DNA from: a bacterium
Lineage (GTDB): Bacteria > SAR324 > NAC60-12
Length of the DNA stretch: 64,000 bases
NCBI GenBank assembly: GCA_965233585.1
Contig: CBDDTI010000745.1
Location: 352,001-416,000 of the forward strand
Direction: 5' to 3'
The notes under the pieces are model-generated. The model saw only the letters and a program-made list of their open reading frames with translations, had not been told where the DNA came from and made no database searches. Shown here piece after piece: positions 1-10,720 of this stretch (positions are counted from its first letter, which is position 1; every line of letters begins with the position of its first letter). A program made the translations under genes and the position numbers.

Positions 1-1
1 A

Positions 2-1756
2 AATGGAAATTATGTCCAAGTCAGACGTTCTCCTAGATTTGCAACACGTATCATTGACAGAGTTTCTGACCCTCAAAAACCTGATGAAATATGGCTTTAC
101 CGAGATAAGGATTATAACGTCGTAGATACGCTGCTCCGAGAGCCAAAGTTTGACCCGCGCGTGCGACCATGGTACCAAGGAACAGGAAGGTCAGAAAAGA
201 TTTATTGGACTGATGTTTACGTTTTTACAACCGCCAAAACGCCGGGAATTTCTGCAAGCTATCCCATTCTCGTTAATGGGGAACAGAAGGGGGCGTCCGT
301 TTTTAATATTCCCCTCAGCAGTCTCTCTCAATTACTAGCTAAGCAACAAGTGTCAGAAAATGGTGTTGTTCTAGTGCTGGACTCTAAAGACCAAGTCTTA
401 GCTTACCAAGATGCCAGTCTTTTATTAAAAACTGAGGGAAGCAAGTTGCGATTGATTACCATTGATGAGTTCCCTTTGGATTGGGTTGCCAAATCTTATA
501 ACGCTTATCAACAGCAAGACCAGAAACGTTTTGTCTATTCAGCAGGGAATTTTTTTAACCCTTATGAACGTTACGTCACACAACTGATTGACTTCCCAAC
601 AGAGTTGGATTGGAAAGTGTTGATTGTCATTCCTGAAATGGATATTTTAGGAGAATTTTATGACATTTTATGGAAAACGATTGCAGTGTCTTTAGGTATT
701 CTTTTGTTTGGGGTTGGTTGGATTTACGTGTTTGCCAAACAAATCACCAGACCAATTGTCAATATGACGCAAGAATTGAGAAAAATCAGAAACCTAGATT
801 TAGATAATGTAGGTTTTATGGAGAGCCGTTTTGTGGAGTTGCATTCTATGCGTTCATCAATGGAAGCCATGATTCAGAGCCTGCATTCGTTCAATCGGTA
901 TGTCCCTGCCTCCTTGGTACGTCAGCTGATTGAATTAGGCAAAGAAGCAGTCATAGAAGCTGACGAAGCAGAAGTGGTCATCTTCTTTTCTGACATTGTT
1001 GACTTTACAACCATTGCTGAAGGCTTAGATAACCAAGAATTAATTCGCTATCTATCACTTTACTTAAAAGAAGTCTCAACCACTATTCAAGACAATTTAG
1101 GAACGATTGATAAGTTTATTGGTGATGCTGTGATGGCATTTTGGGGTGCGCCTGTGCATTTTCCCAATTCTCCATACCTTGCTTGTCACTCAGCTCTCAA
1201 ATGTATCCAACAAATTGAAATGTTGAATAAGTTGTGGAATTACTCCCCCAATCTGAAGACAAGGATTGGATTACATTCTGGCTCAACGTTGGTTGGTAAT
1301 ATTGGTTGCGATGACAGAATGAATTACACGGTCATTGGTGACAATGTGAATTTAGCGGCACGCTTAGAAGCATTGAATAAGCTCTATGGCACAAGTATCA
1401 TCATTAGTGGTTCTTTACGTCAAAGTGTTGCTAAATTTTTTCAGTTCAGATTTTTAGATGTTGTCGTCGTCAAAGGCAAAAGTAAAAGTGTCAGAATTTA
1501 TGAACTAATTGCTGAGGCTAATGAGATTCTCCCTGCTGAGCAAAATCATTTTATTCAAGAATATGAAAGAGGCATGAGTTTTTATCTGGCTCAAAACTGG
1601 GACAGCGCCACTCAGTGCTTTGCAGAGTTGTCAAAGAAATATCCTGATGACCTGTCAGTCGCACGCCTCTTGGAACGTTGCACCAGATACAGAAACGAGC
1701 CAAATTTAAAATTTGGCGAAGACTGGGACGGTGCCGTGATTCTTGACTCTAAATAA
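2..1756 (+). CDS. Class III adenylate/guanylate cyclase (Cache sensor-TM-HAMP-cyclase), 5' partial
   Basis: Frame is open from base 2 (…FDPRVRPWY, Cache-like); TM segment; cyclase motifs FFSDIVDFT, DKFIGDAVM, YTVIGDNVNLAARLE. Confidence 0.93.
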   Translation, partial: NGNYVQVRRSPRFATRIIDRVSDPQKPDEIWLYRDKDYNVVDTLLREPKFDPRVRPWYQGTGRSEKIYWTDVYVFTTAKTPGISASYPILVNGEQKGASVFNIPLSSLSQLLAKQQVSENGVVLVLDSKDQVLAYQDASLLLKTEGSKLRLITIDEFPLDWVAKSYNAYQQQDQKRFVYSAGNFFNPYERYVTQLIDFPTELDWKVLIVIPEMDILGEFYDILWKTIAVSLGILLFGVGWIYVFAKQITRPIVNMTQELRKIRNLDLDNVGFMESRFVELHSMRSSMEAMIQSLHSFNRYVPASLVRQLIELGKEAVIEADEAEVVIFFSDIVDFTTIAEGLDNQELIRYLSLYLKEVSTTIQDNLGTIDKFIGDAVMAFWGAPVHFPNSPYLACHSALKCIQQIEMLNKLWNYSPNLKTRIGLHSGSTLVGNIGCDDRMNYTVIGDNVNLAARLEALNKLYGTSIIISGSLRQSVAKFFQFRFLDVVVVKGKSKSVRIYELIAEANEILPAEQNHFIQEYERGMSFYLAQNWDSATQCFAELSKKYPDDLSVARLLERCTRYRNEPNLKFGEDWDGAVILDSK

Positions 1757-1853
1757 GACAAGTCTCAATCCAAAAATTTCGCCTTTTTCATTCCTTAATC
1801 TCAACAAGCTGACTAAAAAGGGACTCAAAGACTCTCTTGCAACAGCTTTTGAA

Positions 1854-2411
1854 TTAGAGTTTTTCCAAAAAAAACACTTTTGTATCTCCATAAATTTTCA
1901 TCAGTTTTTGAGAAAGTTTGGTCTGAGGTAAGTTCGTCGTCTTAGTCATTTCTACAATGACCCATGTTTGTTCTGTCAAACACGGGTTTGTTTCTATTTC
2001 TTCCAAGATTGTTTCATATTCCAGACTTGCATAAGGTGGGTCAATAAAAATCAGTGCTTTAAAAGGTTGGACTTGCCTGTGCCTTTGTAAAACCTTCAAT
2101 GCCCGACCTTTGACACACTTGACGGCTACCTCATCGCACTGAATTTTTTGCAGATTACTTTGCAAGCATTTGTACGCACTCTGGGAATGTTCTACAAATA
2201 AAGCCTCTGGTACTCCCAAACTTAATGCCTCAATTCCCAAAGCCCCTGACCCTGCATATAAATCTAAAACCTTGTAATCTTGCCAGCAAAGACGATGTGC
2301 CAGCACATTAAAAATGCCTTCTTTAGTGCGTGCTGAAGTCGGACGAGTTTGTGAGGGGTCTGGAAGAGTCAGCCGTAACCTTTTCCACCTACCCCCAATG
2401 ACTTGAATCAT
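1854..2411 (-). CDS. rsmD: 16S rRNA m2G966 methyltransferase
   Basis: TRPTSARTKEGIFN, LDLYAGSGALGIEALS, FIDPPY, YGDT motifs. Confidence 0.93.
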   Translation of the reverse strand: MIQVIGGRWKRLRLTLPDPSQTRPTSARTKEGIFNVLAHRLCWQDYKVLDLYAGSGALGIEALSLGVPEALFVEHSQSAYKCLQSNLQKIQCDEVAVKCVKGRALKVLQRHRQVQPFKALIFIDPPYASLEYETILEEIETNPCLTEQTWVIVEMTKTTNLPQTKLSQKLMKIYGDTKVFFLEKL

Positions 2412-2557
2412 AGAGATTTGCTATTTTGACAAAAGACTTGTAACCTGTTGGGTTTTTGTGTTTGCACTTTACTTTACCTCATCTTTCAAATGAAGTAGAG
2501 CTTGTTCCTTCACCGTCCAATCTCTCAAAAGAAACACTCAACACATTTTTATAATTT

Positions 2558-3298
2558 TTGATGAAGACCCAGGGCTTTTTAGAAGTTTGTATAGATAATC
2601 CTCTCTCATTGCATCATGCGATTGCAGGAGGTGCTGATCGGATTGAGTTGTGTCAGTCGTTAAACACAGGAGGATTAACGCCTTCGCTTGGGTTTATCAA
2701 GTGGGCATTACAGAAAACAACTGTGCCAATTCGTGTAATGATCCGTCAAAGAGGTGGTGATTTCTGTTACACCAATGACGATATAGAAACCATGTTACAA
2801 GACATCAGAGCTTTGCCTCAACATGAAATGCTGGAAGGAATTGTTGTGGGAATTTTGACACAAGACCACCAAATTGATTGTAAAAAGATGCAAAAAATCA
2901 AAGAGGCTTGTGGCAATCTGGCTGTCACTTTTCATCGTGCTTTTGACCATAGCCAAGATGCTTATCAAGCATTAAAGGATTTGCAAACATGCGGAGTAGA
3001 TACCCTGTTGACCAGCGGACAACAAGAACAGGCTGTTGATGGAATAGACTTACTTGCTGATTTAGCCAGCCATGCAGGAGTCCTTCAAATTATGATCTGT
3101 GGCGGATTTGCACCCTTGCCAAAAGAAGTGCGGCTGTTAAAAAAACATTGTCCCACTTCATGGTTTCATATTGCGGGTGCCAAAATTCATAACTCCAATG
3201 AAACAGAAATCAACATGGGCAAAGATGTAACGTCTGATGATTTACTCATCACTGATGTAGATGTTGTGAAAGCTGTCAGACGAACATTAGATGAGTGA
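2558..3298 (+). CDS. cutC: CutC family protein
   Basis: LEVCID, GGADRIELC, GGLTPS, VTFHRAFD, LLTSGQ motifs. Confidence 0.93.
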   Translation: MMKTQGFLEVCIDNPLSLHHAIAGGADRIELCQSLNTGGLTPSLGFIKWALQKTTVPIRVMIRQRGGDFCYTNDDIETMLQDIRALPQHEMLEGIVVGILTQDHQIDCKKMQKIKEACGNLAVTFHRAFDHSQDAYQALKDLQTCGVDTLLTSGQQEQAVDGIDLLADLASHAGVLQIMICGGFAPLPKEVRLLKKHCPTSWFHIAGAKIHNSNETEINMGKDVTSDDLLITDVDVVKAVRRTLDE

Positions 3299-4212
3299 TG
3301 ATCTTACTTGGAAACATAGAAGCCTATTGCGGTTTTAAAAAAGCAAGTCAGTTGTTACTTGACAAATACAATGCCACTGAAACATTGGTTTCAGGAATCA
3401 AATGTGTAGAAGCCAACCATTCTGTCAAAACAGTTGGCTATGGTGGGCGGGCAAATTTGCTGGGACAGGTTCAATTAGATGCTTGCTTAGTTGATGGGAC
3501 AAGTCGCAAAACTGGAGCAGTCGGCGCTATGACTACGATCAAACACCCGATTGAAACAGCATATCATGTCATGCAAAAGTTACCCCATGAAGCTCTAGTC
3601 GGTGAAGGGGCTGAAACCTTTGCCAAAGAGTGCGGTCAAGCTCAAGAAACTCTTTTAACTGAAGAATCTCAAAACATCTGGCAACACAAATTAAAGCAAT
3701 TTTTGACTGATCAAGAATGGCAACAATTCCCCAATATTCCACTGACAAAATTGGCAGGTCTCACGCAAGACCCTGAACTTGTCAAAGACACTACTATCAT
3801 GCTGGCTAGGGATTCTCATCAAAACATTGCCGCAGGAGGGAGTACTTCAGGTTGGGCATGGAAATATCCCGGTCGTTTAGGAGACTGCCCAATAGTAGGG
3901 GCTGGTTTGTATGCAGATAGTCGTTATGGTGCAGTAGGCTGTACACATCAAGGCGAAATGGTGATCCGTTGTGGAACTGCACGTTACATTATCACACTTT
4001 TATCAGAAGGTTATACACTTCAAAATGCCGTGTATCAAGCAGGGAAAGATTTAAAATCATTAGAAGATTTCTTTGATGAAGGTGTGGTCATTCATGCCAT
4101 TGATGCTCACGAAAAGAGTTGTGTGCTAGCAGTGAATTTTTCAACTCCTATTTTTTACTGGCAATGGACACCAAAAGAAGGGCTTCAAAAGAAACAAGCA
4201 GAAATGTTATAG
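3295..4212 (+). CDS. Ntn-hydrolase, glycosylasparaginase/isoaspartyl peptidase (Asparaginase_2)
   Basis: VGYGG, QLDAC, GAVGA, DT autocleavage site, STSG, KYPGRLGDCPIVGAG. Confidence 0.9.
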   Translation: MMILLGNIEAYCGFKKASQLLLDKYNATETLVSGIKCVEANHSVKTVGYGGRANLLGQVQLDACLVDGTSRKTGAVGAMTTIKHPIETAYHVMQKLPHEALVGEGAETFAKECGQAQETLLTEESQNIWQHKLKQFLTDQEWQQFPNIPLTKLAGLTQDPELVKDTTIMLARDSHQNIAAGGSTSGWAWKYPGRLGDCPIVGAGLYADSRYGAVGCTHQGEMVIRCGTARYIITLLSEGYTLQNAVYQAGKDLKSLEDFFDEGVVIHAIDAHEKSCVLAVNFSTPIFYWQWTPKEGLQKKQAEML

Positions 4213-4295
4213 TCCATTTTACAACATGAAATCTATTTGCGAAATGAGACTGCTCCTTTTCAAAAATCTCTAACAAGATGTTTTGACTTGATATA

Positions 4296-5234
4296 ATGAC
4301 TCAACGAGTGAAACTTGCTGTTGTCGTACCTTGTTTTAACGAAGAAGAGGTTCTACCTTTGACTGCTAAAAAGCTCTTGGAGGTTTTGTCCAATACTTCA
4401 TTTGTTCAACAGACCAATGAAATCCTTTTTATTGATGATGGAAGTACAGACGAGACATGGGGGGTCATTCAAAAACTTGCATCAGAACATCAAAATATCA
4501 AAGGAGTGAAACTCTCTCATAACTTTGGGCATCAAAATGCCCTTTACTGCGGTTTGATGGAAGTGAAAGACCGTTGTGATTGTGCCATCTCCATTGATGC
4601 AGACTTGCAACAAGATGAAACAAAAATCAAAGACTTCATTGAAGAATATTTAAAAGGTAATCATATTGTTTATGGCATCAGATATGACCGCCAAACAGAT
4701 AGTTTTTTTAAAAAACACACAGCCCGACTTTTTTATCAGATGATGAAAAAAGCAGGAGTTCATTTATTTCCTCATCATGCTGATTATAGACTAGTTTCTC
4801 ATCAAGTTTTAAAAGCTCTATGTTCTTTCAAAGAATATAATCTCTTTTTAAGGGGGCTTTTCCCGTCAATGGGATTTACTCATAGTTTTGTCTATCATGG
4901 AGTTCAAGAACGCAAACATGGTCATTCTAAATACACATTATTTAAGATGTTCTCTTTTGCTTTGAACGGTCTTTCTTCCTTTAGTATCTTTCCAATTCGC
5001 TTAATCACTCTGTTTGGATTAGTCATTTCTACCTTTTCAATAGTGATGGCATTTTTTTATTTTGCAAGTTATTTTTTTGATGAAACTGTACCAGGCTGGG
5101 CATCACTCATTGTTGCTGTCTTTTTTCTGGGAGGTGTACAACTCATCAGTATTGGAGTCATTGGAGAATATATTGGAAAAACTTATCTGGAATCTAAGAA
5201 ACGACCAAACTATTTGATTGAAGAAGTATGTTAA
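4296..5234 (+). CDS. GT2 polyprenol-phosphate glycosyltransferase (GtrB-like)
   Basis: VVPCFNEE, DDGSTD, SHNFGHQNAL, IDADLQ, two C-terminal TMs, GEYIGK. Confidence 0.92.
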   Translation: MTQRVKLAVVVPCFNEEEVLPLTAKKLLEVLSNTSFVQQTNEILFIDDGSTDETWGVIQKLASEHQNIKGVKLSHNFGHQNALYCGLMEVKDRCDCAISIDADLQQDETKIKDFIEEYLKGNHIVYGIRYDRQTDSFFKKHTARLFYQMMKKAGVHLFPHHADYRLVSHQVLKALCSFKEYNLFLRGLFPSMGFTHSFVYHGVQERKHGHSKYTLFKMFSFALNGLSSFSIFPIRLITLFGLVISTFSIVMAFFYFASYFFDETVPGWASLIVAVFFLGGVQLISIGVIGEYIGKTYLESKKRPNYLIEEVC

Positions 5235-5894
5235 TTGAATATAAATGATGAGAAAATGAGAAAACAAAAAAGTGAATTATACTTTGAAGAAATTGGAAGC
5301 AATTTTGACAACTGGATGTCCCTTTATGATGTCAATCAAAGAATAGATCTGATTAAAAGTTTGATGCCTTTAAATACTCTTGAAATGTCATGTTTAGAAA
5401 TAGGTTGCGGCACTGGAAAAATAAGCGAGGCTATTCAACCATTGGTGAAAGATTTCACAGTGTCAGACCTCTCAGAAAAATTAGCAAAAGAAACGGGCAA
5501 TAGGCTAGGAACTCACTGGGTTGTTCAAGATGCTTGTCATTTAAAAATTCCTGACCATTCGTTTGACATGGTTATTTCATCAGAGTGCATTGAGCATGTT
5601 CCCAATCCTAAATTAGCACTTTCTGAGATGGCTAGAATATTAAAACCTCAAGGATTTCTTATTGTCACTTCTCCAAACAAACTATGGTACCCCGTTCTTT
5701 GGTTATCAATGATTTTAAAAATTAGAAATTTTGAAGGAAATGAGAATTGGATGTTTCCTAAGGAAGCAGTAAATACATTAATACAGAACAACATGACTAA
5801 TATACAAATAAGCGGTTGTCATTTATTCCCTTGGCAAATTCCTCTGGCAAAATCAATCCTTCCTATTTTTGATCAATATGGAGAAAAGGCTTAA
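5235..5894 (+). CDS. Class I SAM-dependent methyltransferase
   Basis: LEIGCGTG, FDMVISSECIEHV, RILKPQG. Confidence 0.88.
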   Translation: MNINDEKMRKQKSELYFEEIGSNFDNWMSLYDVNQRIDLIKSLMPLNTLEMSCLEIGCGTGKISEAIQPLVKDFTVSDLSEKLAKETGNRLGTHWVVQDACHLKIPDHSFDMVISSECIEHVPNPKLALSEMARILKPQGFLIVTSPNKLWYPVLWLSMILKIRNFEGNENWMFPKEAVNTLIQNNMTNIQISGCHLFPWQIPLAKSILPIFDQYGEKA

Positions 5895-5932
5895 AGATTA
5901 AACATATTTATTTTTAATGTTATTTTTTAGTT

Positions 5933-6781
5933 TTGAAAAAAATAATACACACTTGCGATGATTTTGGCTTGCACCGTTCTATCAATCAAGCTGTTTTGGA
6001 AACCTATAGAAATGAAATGTTAAGTGGAGCATCTATTATTCCATCAGGTGCTGAAGTAGAAAATGCGATATCCATTGCAAAGCAATGTAAAAATTTAGAC
6101 ATTGGTTTACATTTTACTTTGATTGAAGAGTTACCAGTTTCTGATCCTAATACAATTCCATCGCTTTTAAATCAAAAAGGACGATTTTTCAAAAATTATA
6201 AAGAATTTTTATTAAGATTGGTTTTAGGAAAAATTAAGAAAGAGCATATTCAACTAGAGTTAGAAAATCAAATTATTTTTTTAAAAGATCACGGAATCCA
6301 AATAATTTATTTTGATAGTCATCAGCATTTACATATGTTTCCTATTGTTTTTTCAAAACTTTTACCTGTTTTAAATCAATATCAAATTTCTTTGATTCGT
6401 TCTTCCAACACTCCTTATTTTTCTAAAAATCTTAAAAGAATAGTTCCTTTATTTTCAAGTTTTATGTTTGATGCTATGAAACTTTATATTCGTAAAAAAG
6501 GATTTATCACTCCAGATTATTTTATAGGCTTATTTGATAGTGGTTCTATTAGTGTAGATAAACTTTTAAACTGGTCTAGTCATTTCACTGATAAGACTTA
6601 CGAAATTGGTTTTCACTTAGGAACATCAGATCAACAGCTAAATAAGATTTATAGTCATTGGAAAAAACCATTTTCGTGGGAAAAAGAATTCAATGCTATC
6701 AATCATCCTGAATATAAAGCTTGTTTTGAACAAAACAAGATTACTTTAACAAAATATTCTGATTTAATTAACAATCTATAA
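5933..6781 (+). CDS. ChbG/YdjC/HpnK family carbohydrate deacetylase
   Basis: DDFGL, GLHFTL, DSHQHLH. Confidence 0.9.
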   Translation: MKKIIHTCDDFGLHRSINQAVLETYRNEMLSGASIIPSGAEVENAISIAKQCKNLDIGLHFTLIEELPVSDPNTIPSLLNQKGRFFKNYKEFLLRLVLGKIKKEHIQLELENQIIFLKDHGIQIIYFDSHQHLHMFPIVFSKLLPVLNQYQISLIRSSNTPYFSKNLKRIVPLFSSFMFDAMKLYIRKKGFITPDYFIGLFDSGSISVDKLLNWSSHFTDKTYEIGFHLGTSDQQLNKIYSHWKKPFSWEKEFNAINHPEYKACFEQNKITLTKYSDLINNL

Positions 6782-6791
6782 TCAAATCAAA

Positions 6792-7538
6792 ATGCACTCT
6801 ACTCTGTATTCCGATTTTTATAAATATGAAGACAAACACTGGTGGTTTGTAGCAAGACGCAAAATTATTCAAAAATTTATCAAAAAATGTATCAATGTAA
6901 GTGGAGATTTTCAAATTCTAGAAATAGGTGCTGGAACAGGTGGAAATCTTGCTATGTTAAAAACTTTTGGAAACGTTGATGCAATGGAAATGGATAAGAA
7001 CGCTGTTCAAATGGCAAATCAAAGAAACATTTGCGAGGTTCAAGTTGGTTCTCTTCCCAATGATATTCCATTCCATCAACAATTTGATTTGGTAGTGATG
7101 TTGGATGTGTTAGAACATATTGAAGATGATTATGCAGCATTAGATTCAATTAAAGTATTACTAAAAGAACAATCAAAATTACTTATTACTGTTCCTGCTT
7201 ATCAATCCCTTTGGAGTAATAGGGATGTGGTCAATCAACATTTTAGGCGTTATAATATTAAAAATTTAACTGAGCTATTACTAAGATGTAATTTTAAAGT
7301 CAGCTATTGCAGTTATTATAATACTTTTTTATTTTTACCTTTTGTGCTAAAAGTTATTTTTGATAATCTTAAAAAAGAAAAACGAAGAGAGAGTGATTTG
7401 AATATACCTTCTGACCTAATTAATTACTTTTTAAAAAAAATTTTTTGCACTGAAAGATTTTTAATTCCTCACATTAAATTTCCATTTGGAGTTTCCATTA
7501 TAATGGAAGCAGAATTTGAAAAAAGTTCAAAAATTTGA
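6792..7538 (+). CDS. Class I SAM-dependent methyltransferase
   Basis: HWWFVARR, LEIGAGTGGN, LDVLEHIEDD, TVPAY, HFRRY. Confidence 0.9.
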   Translation: MHSTLYSDFYKYEDKHWWFVARRKIIQKFIKKCINVSGDFQILEIGAGTGGNLAMLKTFGNVDAMEMDKNAVQMANQRNICEVQVGSLPNDIPFHQQFDLVVMLDVLEHIEDDYAALDSIKVLLKEQSKLLITVPAYQSLWSNRDVVNQHFRRYNIKNLTELLLRCNFKVSYCSYYNTFLFLPFVLKVIFDNLKKEKRRESDLNIPSDLINYFLKKIFCTERFLIPHIKFPFGVSIIMEAEFEKSSKI

Positions 7539-7544
7539 ATTAAG

Positions 7545-8994
7545 ATGCAAAAAGAATTCTGGAATCAAGAAACTTTATATTTTGAGTTTTCCTATACTAA
7601 GAAGCAACAATGCCAAAGTTCTCAGGAAATTATTGATCTCATTGGAAATTTAGAACATAAAAAAGTATTAGACTTCGGATGTGGCTATGCGTATGGTTCA
7701 AATCTTTTTTTATCCTCTGGTATAGAAAAACTAATCTTGTATGATCAATCTGATCATGTGTATAAATATTTATGTGAAAATGACAATAAAAATCCAAAAA
7801 TAAAAGTTGTTAAAAATTTAAATGGTTTGTTAATAAATGAATTTAAGGTGGACATAATTATTATTTACTCTGTCATTCAATATCTTGAAAAGAATGATTT
7901 AGAAAAAATTTTAAATCAACTTAGTAAAATTTTAAGTGAAAAAGGGTTGATTGTGATTGGAGATGTTCCTAGTAAAGATACTAGAATCTATGATTTACTA
8001 CATTTATTTGAATTTGCATTTAAAGAAAAAATTTTGAAGGAAACTATTCAAAATATTATTCAATTTATTTTCAACAAGAATTATCAAAATCTAGTTTTTT
8101 ATACAGAAAAAGCTTTGAAAAAAATGGTATTGTTAAACTATAAGTGATATGCGATATTAAGTTCATTTAATTGAATTGATAGTCATGGTGTAGCAATGAA
8201 GTCGTGTCCTAGATGTGAAAGTGAGAAGACGGTTAAGAATGGTTTTTTATATGGTAAACCGAGGAGGCGTTGCAATGCCTGCAACTATCAATATACCAAG
8301 TCCTATCGTGGCCAAATCTCACCACAGATCAAAAGAAGAGCATTAGAGTTGTATTTGGAGGGTCTTGGTTTCAGGTCAATCGGTCGTTTGCTGAATTGTT
8401 CTCATGTTTCAGTTTATAATTGGGTCTGTAGTTTTGGCGAACAGCTCAAGGCATTAAGATAAGGACACAGACATTGAAATTATGGAAATTGATGAAATGC
8501 ACACCTACATCCAGTCAAAAAAAACTACTGCTGGCTCTGGATTGCTGTTGATAGATGTGGGAAGCAATTTATCAATTGTGTGCTTGGAAACAGAGACTCA
8601 AAAGCCTGTAGGCATTTATGGGACAAGGTCAAGGAAACAAAACCTCTTCAGGTGATGACTGATCACTGGAAGGCTTACAAACAAGTCATTCCCAAAGAAA
8701 TTCATACATGTTCCAAGGCAGAAACATACACGATAGAAGGGTATAATTCTCTCTTGAGACATTTCTTGGCAAGAATGAGAAGGAAAACCAAATGTTACAG
8801 CAAGTCTCTTAAAGCATTACAATATTCTGTTCTTTTGTTCATGGCAAAACGGAATAATCAGCTATCACTTATTATTTAACAATGCCAAAAAAATTACTCC
8901 AAAAATTTTTAAAATACAAAAATTAGATAGAAATATTGGAATCTCTAGGAAAAGAAACAGTTATATTTTAACAAAACTTAACGATGACTTTTAG
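7545..8994 (+). pseudogene. SAM methyltransferase split by IS1
   Basis: LDFGCG motif; removing IS 8126-8886 and one TSD copy restores the frame …KALKKITPKIFKIQKLDRNIGISRKRNSYILTKLNDDF* ending at 8994. Confidence 0.88.
8126..8886 (+). mobile_element. IS1-family element, species A copy 1 (InsA frameshifted by 1-bp insertion)
   Basis: TIRs GGTATTGTTAAA…/…TTAACAATGCC; 8-bp TSD AAAAAAAT; InsA zinc finger CPRC…C..C plus InsB DDE ORF; extra T near 8460 relative to copies 2 and 3. Confidence 0.96.
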
Positions 8995-10720
8995 ATTATT
9001 TTATTTGATAACTATTAGTTTATTAGTTTTGTATATTCTATTACATTGGTTCTATGCTATTTTTCCTGTCAAAGATTTTGAATCTGTCATACTCATTAGT
9101 GAGGATACACTTTATCAAACAGAAGAGTTCTTATTAGCTTTAGACTATCCGAATATTCAGATGATGAATAGCGGTCCTGTTGCTTATGGGATTGAACCGT
9201 ACTATCTCATACCTATCTTCAAAATAGTTGAGTTGATTTTAGGACAATCTGATCCATTGTATGCTTATTACATTCTAATTATTTTCCACATTGTTAGTGC
9301 CTCCCTAGCACTGTTTATTTTTTCAAAGCTTATTTTTAAGTACACTGGTTCCATTCTTTATCCCATTTTATTTCTTGCCACGTCATTGACCTCTCCTCTT
9401 TTCTTTTTCAATTTTTCCTACATCAAACCTGATCCTACTATTGTGTTATTGTGTAGTGCTTGTGCTTTGTGGTGCATAGACAAATCTGCCACTCTTAAAT
9501 CTGAAAAATACTTTCTCATTGCAATTTTATTTGCTTCTTTGGGGTTTGCTTTTAAATGGTGGACTCTTTTATTATTACCAACTTTCTTGTTTCTTTATAA
9601 GGATTTACAGTTTTATAAAATTAATACTAAGTTTTTATACTTCACTTTTATTTCATTTTTAATTGTTATTTTTTCTGTTTATTTTACTATACAAAATGAA
9701 CTTCTCATTTCTCTTCAAAAAAGATTACCTTTTTTTGTTGAAGATGATCAGCTTTCTGCATCCTTAATTGCTTTTTTATTTTTTGGTTGGGTGAGTCTAT
9801 TTATTTTCATAACTTATGTCAATTATAAACAAAATGATTTTTTAAAAATCGTCAAAATTTACATCAGTCCATTTGCTCTTTTTTCAGTATGGGTTTTGAT
9901 TTTTCAAACTCCATTGCTCTTAGAATTTAAAAGGATTGTCATCAGCATTTATTATTTTATTGGAAGGTTTTTTATTAAATCTTATACTGGTACAAGTGAT
10001 ACAATAGGATTGTTTAATAATGTTGTTAATTGGCTAAGTCTTTCTTGGAATGAAAGTGTTATTTCTCCATTTACAATTATATTGATTGTAGCAAGTATTT
10101 ATTTGATTAAGAATCAGCGTATTAAACTCATAAAGTATTATTCACTATGGTTATTTTCTTTAATGAGTTTTATGTTTATTTTAGTTGCTAGAAATAGCTC
10201 TTACGCATTGGCAATGTTGTATCCTGTATTGTTATGTTGGATATTTCTATCTTGCAACAGTCATAGATTCAAACCTATTCTTGTTTCGCTTATCTGTTTA
10301 CAAATTTTATATCAGAACTTTACAAAAAATGACCAGCAAATTCGTATCATTTCAATGTTAGAAAATAGACAAAAGATACCTCAATTTGCATCAAGTGTTA
10401 AAAATGAAGTGGATTCTTTTAGAAATCAATCACATCCCAGCTCAAAAATATTTTTATTAAATAGAAATTATCCTACAAAAATAGATCATTTTGAACGATT
10501 TACTTTAACTAATCTGGTGAAAGAAAAGAGAGTCCAACGTTTCAATCAGGTGATGAATCAAATGTCTCCTGATGATTTATTGCTACTTGTCAATAGACAA
10601 AATGAGGTCATCAACCAGTACGATAACCAGCTTCATTTAGAACATGAAATTTCTTTGATTGATATAGACAACAACCCTTACAAAATTTATTTTTACCAAA
10701 AAGGTGATGTATCTTTTTAA
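8984..10720 (+). CDS. Polytopic membrane protein, probable GT-C-fold glycosyltransferase
   Basis: Many TM segments, acidic N-terminal loop (SEDT), YIKPDP and FAFKW motifs, glycan-cluster context. Confidence 0.6.
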   Translation: MTFRLFYLITISLLVLYILLHWFYAIFPVKDFESVILISEDTLYQTEEFLLALDYPNIQMMNSGPVAYGIEPYYLIPIFKIVELILGQSDPLYAYYILIIFHIVSASLALFIFSKLIFKYTGSILYPILFLATSLTSPLFFFNFSYIKPDPTIVLLCSACALWCIDKSATLKSEKYFLIAILFASLGFAFKWWTLLLLPTFLFLYKDLQFYKINTKFLYFTFISFLIVIFSVYFTIQNELLISLQKRLPFFVEDDQLSASLIAFLFFGWVSLFIFITYVNYKQNDFLKIVKIYISPFALFSVWVLIFQTPLLLEFKRIVISIYYFIGRFFIKSYTGTSDTIGLFNNVVNWLSLSWNESVISPFTIILIVASIYLIKNQRIKLIKYYSLWLFSLMSFMFILVARNSSYALAMLYPVLLCWIFLSCNSHRFKPILVSLICLQILYQNFTKNDQQIRIISMLENRQKIPQFASSVKNEVDSFRNQSHPSSKIFLLNRNYPTKIDHFERFTLTNLVKEKRVQRFNQVMNQMSPDDLLLLVNRQNEVINQYDNQLHLEHEISLIDIDNNPYKIYFYQKGDVSF

